The position numbers and the translations under genes were made by a program. A stretch of DNA of 31,677 bases, taken from positions 1-31,677 of IMG/VR virus record IMGVR_UViG_3300033144_002382; one strand, 5' to 3'. The notes beneath the pieces were generated by a model that searched no databases, was not told the DNA's origin, and saw only the letters and a program-made list of their open reading frames with translations. This stretch comes from a virus. Taxonomy: Duplodnaviria > Caudoviricetes. Positions 1 through 6,981 of the stretch are shown here, one piece after another (the first letter of the stretch is position 1; each line of letters opens with the position of its first letter).

Positions 1-21
1 GCTTGAAGTGATAAAGTAGGA

Positions 22-249
22 TCAGTCATTACTTGATGATTTACTATACCAAACTTCACCAGTTTTTTGGACATGATTATTGTATATATATGCGTGAGCT
101 CTTTTAATATCTAATGATTGTTCCAAATAAGGATCTTTAAAATGATATTTCTTATTCATATAAGATCCAAAATCTTTTTTTACATCTTTAATATTATTAT
201 TCCACTTTTGAAACTCTTTTTTTAGAAGAGGTATGGTTATTCGTGCCAT
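22..249 (-). CDS. hypothetical protein (75 aa)
   Basis: ORF co-oriented with neighbouring minus-strand genes; AAACC-containing A-rich leader; no recognisable motif. Confidence 0.6.
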   Translation of the reverse strand: MARITIPLLKKEFQKWNNNIKDVKKDFGSYMNKKYHFKDPYLEQSLDIKRAHAYIYNNHVQKTGEVWYSKSSSND

Positions 250-751
250 TATTTTGTGGTTTAACTTTAAAATGTTTTATACTATTTTTAGATATTAATT
301 CTAAGTCAGTAACCTTCAATGTAATCATTTCTTTATATATTTTAGGTTCATCAACTTCATGAAAGAATACAGATACTTTAAATTTGTCATGAAAAGGATT
401 AAATCCATCATCATTCCAATGATCATCATTCATTATTTGCCCATATACACATTCATCATCAGTTAATAAGCCCATATCTTTTAATATATCTGGTTCATAT
501 TTACTACCTTTCCATCTATCTGGTGGAAAAATCTTTACAAATCCAAATTGCACAAATGGAGTATATAGAGTATTACTACTCAATATCTCTATTAAAAGGG
601 CCAATTCTGATGATGAAAATACTTGAACTACCATATCCATTATAGATTTCCTATTCTTTAAATTTTTAGTAAATATAGGATCAATTATATTTCTTATAAT
701 ACTATCTTTTAAAGTAATAGTTTTTCTATTCACTGGGTTCATTTTGCTCAA
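197..751 (-). CDS. hypothetical protein (~181-184 aa; start may be ATG at 742)
   Basis: Long ORF overlapping both neighbours in an operon-like manner. Confidence 0.7.
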   Translation of the reverse strand: MSKMNPVNRKTITLKDSIIRNIIDPIFTKNLKNRKSIMDMVVQVFSSSELALLIEILSSNTLYTPFVQFGFVKIFPPDRWKGSKYEPDILKDMGLLTDDECVYGQIMNDDHWNDDGFNPFHDKFKVSVFFHEVDEPKIYKEMITLKVTDLELISKNSIKHFKVKPQNNGTNNHTSSKKRVSKVE

Positions 752-1085
752 CTTTTAGTTTAAAATAAATATTCTCTGGAGGATCATCAAAATACTTTAA
801 TAATGCTGGACATAACCATAAATCATGAGCATAACCATGATGCTCAAATATATAATCAGTTCCTCCTCCCATTCCTTCTCCTAACTTTTCTATAGAGAAA
901 GCATATCCAGGAAATTCATCTTGTGAAAACATAATACTACAATTTTCTACAAAATCTCCTGCTAAACGAGTTAATAATGTATCAGCTCCTGCAACTAGTG
1001 GTTCTTTTATTAATCCCTTTGATTCATCATCAAATACCCACCAATCATTCCACTTATAGGGATTTATTATACTTATCTGGTTCAT
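726..1085 (-). CDS. DUF6717-like protein
   Basis: Motifs WVFDD..KGLIKEPLVAGAD and WLCPALLKYFDDPPENIY are characteristic of this family (recognised by eye). Confidence 0.75.
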   Translation of the reverse strand: MNQISIINPYKWNDWWVFDDESKGLIKEPLVAGADTLLTRLAGDFVENCSIMFSQDEFPGYAFSIEKLGEGMGGGTDYIFEHHGYAHDLWLCPALLKYFDDPPENIYFKLKVEQNEPSE

Positions 1086-1103
1086 TTTATTACAAATTTA
1101 ATT

Positions 1104-1190
1104 AAAAAATAAAGGGTCAGATTACTGCTGTTGTCAATATGATATGAAACAAACAACACTTACGTCCATTAGGAACAGTAAAATCACCCC
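1104..1190 (-). other. intergenic long stem-loop ending in a U-tract (terminator or small structured RNA)
   Basis: Minus strand GGGTGATTTTACTG...CAGTAATCTGACCC followed by TTTATTTTTT; inner stem TGTTGTT/GACAACA. Confidence 0.4.
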
Positions 1191-1306
1191 TCTCCACTCA
1201 CTCAAAAATTAATAACCTTAAATTAAAATATTGACAATTCTAGGTTGGCATTATACTCACTATCTTATAGATATTATATAATGGTATTGTTAGTAGGACA
1301 TATATG

Positions 1307-1945
1307 TCATATTAGAACTAATTCTTTTTCAATAGTTATAGTATGATTTGAAAAGAGATTCCTATTTGCTGAAAGACAGAATGTAACTAATTCATCTGAT
1401 GAATGAGTTTTAAAATACTGTCTAAATGTTTTAAAATACTCTCTAAGTTTTGTTAATTCATCAATATGAGTTCTATGACCTGTGAAATGTGCACCTTTAT
1501 CATACATATACAAATTACAATGCCATGAATCAGGATAAATAGTTATTTTTGGATTATTACTATCCATAACTAAATTATAATCAGGTTTTATATTTTGTAA
1601 AACTGTTGCTGGACTAAGATTTAAGATATTACCCATTGCATTTAACTTTTCACGTAACCATTTAGGAGTTCTGCCATGTAATTGATATGTTATAGCAGTT
1701 TCATCTGTATCTAAATAATATGTTAATAATGCATCTCCAGTAAAATAACTATTATGTATTAATAATGATCTTGCACCACTATCAGTTTGTTGATATGTAA
1801 GATTAAATTTATGACCTTTAAATAAAGATCCTTTTAAAATATTGAGATGTATCCATTCTTGATTTAAAGATTTTTGTTCATCTTTATTTGGATTATTAGA
1901 TTGAAGTGTTGCCTTTAAAGAATTAAGTAAATTTGGAATATTCAT
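1307..1945 (-). CDS. hypothetical protein (~212 aa; track start at 1993 probably too long)
   Basis: Long ORF; ATG at 1945 (MNIPNLL) follows an A-rich leader, whereas the extension overlaps an inverted repeat. Confidence 0.7.
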   Translation of the reverse strand: MNIPNLLNSLKATLQSNNPNKDEQKSLNQEWIHLNILKGSLFKGHKFNLTYQQTDSGARSLLIHNSYFTGDALLTYYLDTDETAITYQLHGRTPKWLREKLNAMGNILNLSPATVLQNIKPDYNLVMDSNNPKITIYPDSWHCNLYMYDKGAHFTGHRTHIDELTKLREYFKTFRQYFKTHSSDELVTFCLSANRNLFSNHTITIEKELVLI

Positions 1946-2212
1946 GAGTATAGTTTTAGAGTGTATATAAATATGAAGAGAAAAGATCAGCATGTTGTTA
2001 TCTTATATGATGACTTACTTAATCTTACGGGATTAGACTTAACTTACTCCCAGCACATACATCACCTTGTGATACCAATGTAGGTTTAATATAAGTTACC
2101 ACTAGATCTTTTCCTTCATAAGATTTTTGAGCGTCCAGGTTTACTCCTGTGACCACATGTTATGGTGTAGGTTGATTCATTTTATTTTAAGTGTCAGAAT
2201 CCCAAAAGCACA

Positions 2213-2431
2213 CTATTCAAGTTCAAATAACCAGATCATTGTCCATACAATATGTATTATTAATACAATTACAAATAATATTATAAATGCAGGATGTCCT
2301 GTAATGGTTCTTATTGTTACATCAGCAAAAAGAGACCATATAAATGCAAAAGTTGTTAATAATACTGAAGTACATAATAAAGGAAGTAAAAATCCTAAAA
2401 ATAATCTAACTGGTTCTATCAAGTGTCTCAT
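2213..2431 (-). CDS. small membrane protein with two predicted TM helices
   Basis: Two hydrophobic stretches, LFLGFLLPLLCTSVLLTTFAFIWSLF and AFIILFVIVLIIHIVWTMIWLF. Confidence 0.7.
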   Translation of the reverse strand: MRHLIEPVRLFLGFLLPLLCTSVLLTTFAFIWSLFADVTIRTITGHPAFIILFVIVLIIHIVWTMIWLFELE

Positions 2432-2555
2432 GAGTTTTATGTTTTGGTTTACGTGAATATTTTTTCTTGTTCTTATGCACTGCTGATTTTACCCATAATT
2501 GAGCAAATTCAACACGCATAGCTCTTTTTATATCTTCTTTAACTTTCTTTTTCAT
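2406..2555 (-). CDS. small basic protein with an ArfA-like VHKNKKKYSRKPKHK motif (49 aa)
   Basis: ATG at 2555 lies just past the upstream gene's stop at 2560; Lys/Arg-rich motif resembles E. coli ArfA [17 protein letters not shown]. Confidence 0.6.
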   Translation of the reverse strand: MKKKVKEDIKRAMRVEFAQLWVKSAVHKNKKKYSRKPKHKTHETLDRTS

Positions 2556-2559
2556 GAGC

Positions 2560-2844
2560 TTAGTTTTGACAAACAGGATATATTTTTTCTTTTGAAGGTC
2601 CATCAAATTTAACATGTCCTTTTAGACCAGGAAAATTAAAGTGAACATTATCAAGATGTTTTATAAAAGCTTTAATTGAACAATCACATGGAATACCAAT
2701 AATCTCTTGATTTCCTGAACCTAATTCATGTATTAACTTCATATTTCTGGTTGCAAATACAAAAAATTTATCATGTGCATCTCTAATTACAAGATCAAAG
2801 GTATATGGATCATCTTTTCTTTGCTTAACTGCAATGATTGTCAT
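2560..2844 (-). CDS. hypothetical protein (94 aa)
   Basis: Co-oriented ORF with an A-rich leader. Confidence 0.65.
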   Translation of the reverse strand: MTIIAVKQRKDDPYTFDLVIRDAHDKFFVFATRNMKLIHELGSGNQEIIGIPCDCSIKAFIKHLDNVHFNFPGLKGHVKFDGPSKEKIYPVCQN

Positions 2845-2870
2845 AATTGAAACAATTTAAGTGTGTGTGA

Positions 2871-2910
2871 AAATAAAAAAGAACTGCACTTCTGTTGCCA
2901 AGTGTGCAGT
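2871..2910 (-). terminator. putative intrinsic terminator after the DUF2828-like gene
   Basis: Stem ACTGCAC (2883-2889) / GTGCAGT (2904-2910); the A-run at 2871-2880 gives a U-tract on the minus strand. Confidence 0.55.
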
Positions 2911-2920
2911 ATACTCCGAA

Positions 2921-4414
2921 TCAACCTTTTTTCCAGATATTTGGATAAGTTTCAGGTGGAAATGTATCAGGACATAAGAAAGCTAACATAGCAGTGATAG
3001 ATCTGTATCTCTCACTATCTATAACTTTAAGCATTAACTCAAGAGGTGTTTCCACCTGCCCTTGTAATACTCCAGTTAAGATAGCTGGACTACAGCCACT
3101 TACTAAACCTACTTTCTCATCTGTTTTAGATGCAGGAATGTTTCCCAATCTTCCATTCACATTCCAAAATATTATCTCAGGCATGGTATAACCAGCCTGA
3201 TCATATTTTAGTCTGATAGAATCAAGATTTGTTGCATCATCAACATCACATGCTTCATCAAATTCCATATCACTAATGATAAGAAGTTTGGTTGGCATTT
3301 CATCCTCACTGATACTTTCCCTCAAAGCACTATCTAATAAAAGATCAAAAGTAGCCTCAAGGTTAGTAGTCATTCCCCAATCAGATGTCTCTATAGAACT
3401 GAACTTTTCAACAATACTATTGCCTACTACATAGTTCACTCTAGGTCTTTCACTAAAAGTAATGAATGCATCTTTAAAAAGACCTTCATTCCTTTCAGCA
3501 ATATACAGACCAAGAGAAACAGAAATTGACATAGGAGTCAAATCTCTATTACCTTCACCATAACGACATGTCATTGATCCAGAAACATCACATACAGGTA
3601 AGATTCTTTCAGTTGAACCTTCCATGTAATTAGGTAAAGCTTTCCATTGAGCTTCAATAGCCTTGACATTTGCATCCACTTGCATAGCTGCAAGGAACAA
3701 TTGATAAGGAAATAATACTGCAGAATTTACAGTTTCTTTACCATCCAACACAGACTCAATAAAGGTATTGAACCTGTCTTTGTCATGTTTAGTGAAAGCA
3801 TCACGATACTTGTTAAAAGCAACAGAAGGTATTTTAGAATAGTCTATAGAAGACCAATCATTATTACAAACTTTGTTTTCAACAACATCTGTTTTACTTA
3901 CTAAGTATTTTCTGAATTCCTTTGGGGTCATCTTTTTATACTTGAACATAGCATTGAACCACTCTCCTTTTCTGGGAAACCATTTGGCTAATAAATGTGC
4001 ATCAGAGTGTTCCTCTAATTGATGCATAAGAAAACCAAGAGAATCATCACAGATATCTTCAATTACAAAGTAATCTTTCCAAGATCCATACTCATGAACC
4101 ACAATGGAAAGAGCTTCCCATTCTTGTGGATATGTTTTATTAACATGTTTGGCAACAGTATAAAACAATCTTTTCTCACCTGCACCACCTCTACAATCTC
4201 TTGCCCAGAATAAAATCTGGTAAGCCACCACTTTGTTCTCATTGTATGCAGCAGTAAATGCAGTAATAATATCAGACATATCCATATTTCTGGATGCTCC
4301 AGCTATGAAAAAGAAATCTAAACATTTACTTAATGAAGTACCATGTGTGATAGCACCATTAGTAGTAATAGAATCATACTGTCTGGTTGCATTAATTACT
4401 TTTGAGTGAGACAT
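2921..4414 (-). CDS. DUF2828-family TROVE/Ro60-like protein with C-terminal vWA (MIDAS) domain, ~497 aa
   Basis: RDCRGGAGEK, YGSWKD and LAKWFPRK in the helical part; MIDAS VCDVSGSM, WGMTTNL, IISDMEFD, IIFWNV and VSGCSP in the vWA part. Start reassigned to ATG 4414 because the 4465 extension overlaps a hairpin. Confidence 0.85.
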   Translation of the reverse strand: MSHSKVINATRQYDSITTNGAITHGTSLSKCLDFFFIAGASRNMDMSDIITAFTAAYNENKVVAYQILFWARDCRGGAGEKRLFYTVAKHVNKTYPQEWEALSIVVHEYGSWKDYFVIEDICDDSLGFLMHQLEEHSDAHLLAKWFPRKGEWFNAMFKYKKMTPKEFRKYLVSKTDVVENKVCNNDWSSIDYSKIPSVAFNKYRDAFTKHDKDRFNTFIESVLDGKETVNSAVLFPYQLFLAAMQVDANVKAIEAQWKALPNYMEGSTERILPVCDVSGSMTCRYGEGNRDLTPMSISVSLGLYIAERNEGLFKDAFITFSERPRVNYVVGNSIVEKFSSIETSDWGMTTNLEATFDLLLDSALRESISEDEMPTKLLIISDMEFDEACDVDDATNLDSIRLKYDQAGYTMPEIIFWNVNGRLGNIPASKTDEKVGLVSGCSPAILTGVLQGQVETPLELMLKVIDSERYRSITAMLAFLCPDTFPPETYPNIWKKG

Positions 4415-4435
4415 ATCTAATTGGTTTAATTGTGT

Positions 4436-4476
4436 AAAAATAAAAGAAAGAAAGGGCTTTGACACCCTTTCATTCT
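4436..4476 (-). terminator. putative terminator/attenuator between the upstream ncRNAs and the DUF2828-like gene
   Basis: GAAAGGG-ctttgaca-CCCTTTC stem flanked by an A-rich run (U-rich on minus). Confidence 0.45.
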
Positions 4477-4525
4477 AATTTAATAGGCAAAGGAATATAG
4501 TTCTTCAACTATATAACAGTGCTTA

Positions 4526-4618
4526 CCTCAGATTGGTTAAGTTAACATAACATACTACGCTATATCCCTTTTACCTGTGAAAAAACATCTAGTTTTAAAT
4601 AGTGCTGACCCAATCTTT
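4526..4618 (-). ncRNA. candidate structured RNA unit 1 (Y-RNA-like closing stem)
   Basis: Minus strand AAAGATTGG-GTCAGCACT...CCAATCTGAGG; ends pair AGATTGG/CCAATCT; same framework as unit 2. Confidence 0.55.
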
Positions 4619-4630
4619 CAATGATAAGCT

Positions 4631-4723
4631 AAAAAAAATCCCTCAGAATAGAACCAGATTATGGCCTGGCAACCTCTTCAGTTTTGGTTAAAGTTAAAGT
4701 GCTGACCTATTCTTTTAGGGATT
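4631..4723 (-). ncRNA. candidate structured RNA unit 2 (Y-RNA-like closing stem, U-tail)
   Basis: Minus strand AATCCCT-AAA-AGAATAG-GTCAGCACT...CTATTCT-G-AGGGATT-TTTTTT; two stacked 7-bp stems and a 3' U-run. Confidence 0.6.
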
Positions 4724-4744
4724 ATGATAAAGATACAAAAAAAG

Positions 4745-5173
4745 TCAAAAGACTCTTCCTGCATCATGTATAAAAATACAATCTAGTTCATAACAAATCT
4801 GATTATATCTAGTTGTCATACTTTCATAGTAAACAGACTTTTGATCTACATAATCCATTTTATTAGATAAACTATTTTGTTCATCTCTAAGATTATTTCT
4901 AACATGACAGTTGATATACCATAAAAACTCCATTAAACCCAGAGATTTCTCCTTGTTACAAAGAGTTTTCATAAATGTTCTTGTACCAGGAATATCAGAC
5001 ATAGGATTGTAATGATTCATGACTTCCTCCACATCTGTTCTTGATTCAGGATTTATATCCAAAGAAGCATAGTACTCAAAGAAGTCTTCTTTCTTTGATG
5101 GCCAACCAGTATAGATTGTTTCACCATCAGTAAGTGTTAATTCTTGCATTCCTTCATAATATTTATCTGGCAT
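4745..5173 (-). CDS. hypothetical protein (142 aa)
   Basis: Co-oriented ORF, start 2 nt after the upstream stop. Confidence 0.7.
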   Translation of the reverse strand: MPDKYYEGMQELTLTDGETIYTGWPSKKEDFFEYYASLDINPESRTDVEEVMNHYNPMSDIPGTRTFMKTLCNKEKSLGLMEFLWYINCHVRNNLRDEQNSLSNKMDYVDQKSVYYESMTTRYNQICYELDCIFIHDAGRVF

Positions 5174-5175
5174 AA

Positions 5176-5313
5176 CTATTTGATTTTACTTTGTAAAGAA
5201 ATGTGGGTTTCATTATTATCCAAACCATAGAAATAATCCATAGCTGCATAAATACCTTGATATTCCCATATCTTCAAGGTTTCTTCTAATTGTTCTTCTG
5301 TATATTCAGGCAT
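5176..5313 (-). CDS. small hypothetical protein (45 aa, MPEYTEEQLEETLKIWEYQG...), not in ORF track
   Basis: Translated by hand; ATG 5313 to TAG 5176, abuts the next gene. Confidence 0.55.
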   Translation of the reverse strand: MPEYTEEQLEETLKIWEYQGIYAAMDYFYGLDNNETHISLQSKIK

Positions 5314-5340
5314 AATTATCAATTTGAGTGAGAAATGTTG

Positions 5341-5402
5341 TAGCAATGCAAGGACTTGAACCTTGCCTCCTATTATTTCAGAGTGGTTACCTACCCACTG
5401 CT
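5341..5402 (-). ncRNA. degenerate tRNA-like element (acceptor and T-arm intact, D/anticodon region shortened)
   Basis: Acceptor AGCAGTG/CATTGCT+A; T-arm CAAGG-TTCAAGT-CCTTG; only ~30 nt between acceptor and T-stem; no clear anticodon. Confidence 0.55.
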
Positions 5403-5415
5403 ATATGTTTTATCT

Positions 5416-5652
5416 TTACCATCCTTCTTCATCTTTCAATGATTCTTCAAAGAATGCTAAGTCAATACCAGTTAATGGCTTGTTATTATCCATTTTTTTC
5501 AATACCTCTCTCTTGTTGAACTCTCTCATCAACCTACGGTTATCAACATGGTTCTCTAATAAGATAAGATCATCCCATCCTTTTATTTTAATACAAATGA
5601 CATCACATTCTAAATGTGGTTTTCTTCCTTGATAAATGTCTTCAATTTCCAT
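5416..5652 (-). CDS. hypothetical protein (78 aa)
   Basis: Co-oriented ORF with an A-rich leader. Confidence 0.65.
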   Translation of the reverse strand: MEIEDIYQGRKPHLECDVICIKIKGWDDLILLENHVDNRRLMREFNKREVLKKMDNNKPLTGIDLAFFEESLKDEEGW

Positions 5653-5679
5653 TATAATAATTTAATTAGTTAACAATGT

Positions 5680-5910
5680 TCAACTCATATCAGTACATAT
5701 TACTTCATTGGTTTCAGGATAGAAACTAACTGTAGTATTATTTCCAAAATCACCTTGGCTAAGATCAACATGATCTCCTTTGGGATATGCAATACCACCA
5801 TTAGCCCAACCAATATATTTAACACCTTGTGATTCAAGATGAGTAACAGCTTCTCTCCACCACCAATAGTGATCATTGATAGTTATATTATAAGGATTAT
5901 CTAAAGCCAT
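5680..5910 (-). CDS. hypothetical protein (76 aa)
   Basis: Co-oriented ORF with an A-rich leader. Confidence 0.65.
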   Translation of the reverse strand: MALDNPYNITINDHYWWWREAVTHLESQGVKYIGWANGGIAYPKGDHVDLSQGDFGNNTTVSFYPETNEVICTDMS

Positions 5911-6041
5911 AATAAATTATTTAAAGTGAATAATATGTCCATTAGTGGGAAGCTACCAACTCTCCCCAACGTGCTTAAGTTCACTGATCATCTCCAGAAT
6001 GGACCAGTTCTGGTGGTTTAAAGGGTTTTACCCTTGTCAAG

Positions 6042-6115
6042 TGGAACTGGTGGGAATTGAACCCACGTACACCAATGCATAAACAAATGCATCAGTCAAA
6101 GCCAACCTCAGCCCC
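6042..6115 (-). ncRNA. mini-tmRNA: tRNA-like domain (TLD) only, no mRNA-like domain
   Basis: GGGGCTGA-GGTTGGCTTTGAC 5' end (cf. ssrA GGGGCTGATTCTGGATTCGAC); acceptor GGGGCTG/CAGTTCC with G3:U70 and discriminator A; T-arm GTGGG-TTCAATT-CCCAC; central hairpin ACTGATGCAT-TTGTTT-ATGCATTGGT; CCA not encoded. Confidence 0.7.
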
Positions 6116-6120
6116 ATATT

Positions 6121-6282
6121 TTAATCATGCAGGTTACTATCTTTCTCTAAAGAAGTATCATCCCACAAAACATAGTGTAGTTTATTTGATAAAGCCTTGA
6201 CGGCAACCAACTGTTCTTCAAGCTTTTTAACTTTAGCTTGTTCTTCTTTAAGTAGGTTCTTTAATATTGTTAGTTCAGTCAT
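6121..6282 (-). CDS. small coiled-coil protein (53 aa, MTELTILKNLLKEEQAKVKKLEEQL...), not in ORF track
   Basis: Translated by hand; heptad-like Leu/Glu/Lys pattern; ends 5 nt before the mini-tmRNA. Confidence 0.6.
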   Translation of the reverse strand: MTELTILKNLLKEEQAKVKKLEEQLVAVKALSNKLHYVLWDDTSLEKDSNLHD

Positions 6283-6498
6283 AGCTATGTTATTTATTAT
6301 AGGTTAAAGAGAAGATATGTATGTATAGAAGCAATGAAATAGTATGAATGTGACTACTTCTTGTTCCTTACAAACACACAAAAACAAAACAAAACATCAA
6401 GCTTGGGGCTGTTAACCTGCTCCTTAGAGTGGTCTAACAGTCCCAATGATGTGTGTTCACTTGCCAAACTGGGCTGATCTGCCCAGTCCTGGAAGAAG

Positions 6499-6792
6499 CT
6501 ACGCAGCTTCCACCCAGAAGAGCCCAGTGGGCTCCTTGGTGTCCTGATCCAGCACTGGCTGGTCAGACATCTTGAAGTTGGGGATTTCATCCCCTTGCTT
6601 CAAGCCAAGTGTAAGTGGATCAAGGGTCTTACCCTTGTCATCCACCAAGCAAAGCAGACCAAAGGTTCTGTCTGCTTGTGTTCTTACATGCACTTTCTGA
6701 CCATTGATTGTTTGTTCAATGGTTGAAAGTTTCTCTGTGACGCATACTATAGTGTTCTTCACTATCTTATGCATAAATACTGAATTTGCCAT
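6499..6792 (-). CDS. hypothetical protein (97 aa), first gene of the leftward arm
   Basis: ATG with an A-rich leader; visibly more GC-rich than the flanks. Confidence 0.7.
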   Translation of the reverse strand: MANSVFMHKIVKNTIVCVTEKLSTIEQTINGQKVHVRTQADRTFGLLCLVDDKGKTLDPLTLGLKQGDEIPNFKMSDQPVLDQDTKEPTGLFWVEAA

Positions 6793-6828
6793 AAAATTTT
6801 AATTTTAGGTTAATGAATAAATAAAGCT

Positions 6829-6925
6829 AAGGGGTGCACTGCACCCAAAAATAAGCTGGGGAGCAGAATAGTAGGACCCCTTAAGCACATAACACACATA
6901 ACTTTTTATTTAGGGATGGGGGGAA
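6829..6925. other. strand-switch region with palindrome and G-runs (candidate origin, packaging or terminus site)
   Basis: GGGTGCA-C-TGCACCC (6832-6846) plus GGGG, CCCC and GGGGGG runs between divergent gene arms. Confidence 0.4.
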
Positions 6926-6938
6926 TGTGTGAGAAATA

Positions 6939-6947
6939 TTGTATATT
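6939..6947 (+). promoter_or_regulatory. TTGTATATT promoter-like motif
   Basis: Exact 9-mer recurs upstream of genes at 24970, 26944, 28290 and 30081. Confidence 0.5.
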
Positions 6948-6981
6948 CTTGTATAGAAAGGTTTGTGAAAATAAAAAAATT

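Noticed and set aside
4526-4723. The two repeated units as a mini-CRISPR array
   Set aside because: Only two units, and the conserved parts are split and covary as a stem rather than forming identical direct repeats
2127-5632. Plus-strand ORFs 2127-2456, 2994-3191, 4019-4213, 5328-5519 and 5363-5632
   Set aside because: Antisense shadows of better-supported minus-strand genes or RNAs; no motifs
6042-6115. Calling this a normal tRNA-Ala or a full or permuted tmRNA
   Set aside because: No D-stem or 7-nt anticodon loop, no tag ORF or pseudoknots, and the segment order is not permuted
6354-6590. 78-aa minus ORF overlapping 6499-6792
   Set aside because: Off-frame overlap of ~90 nt with a better ORF and no leader; the open frame is explained by local GC richness
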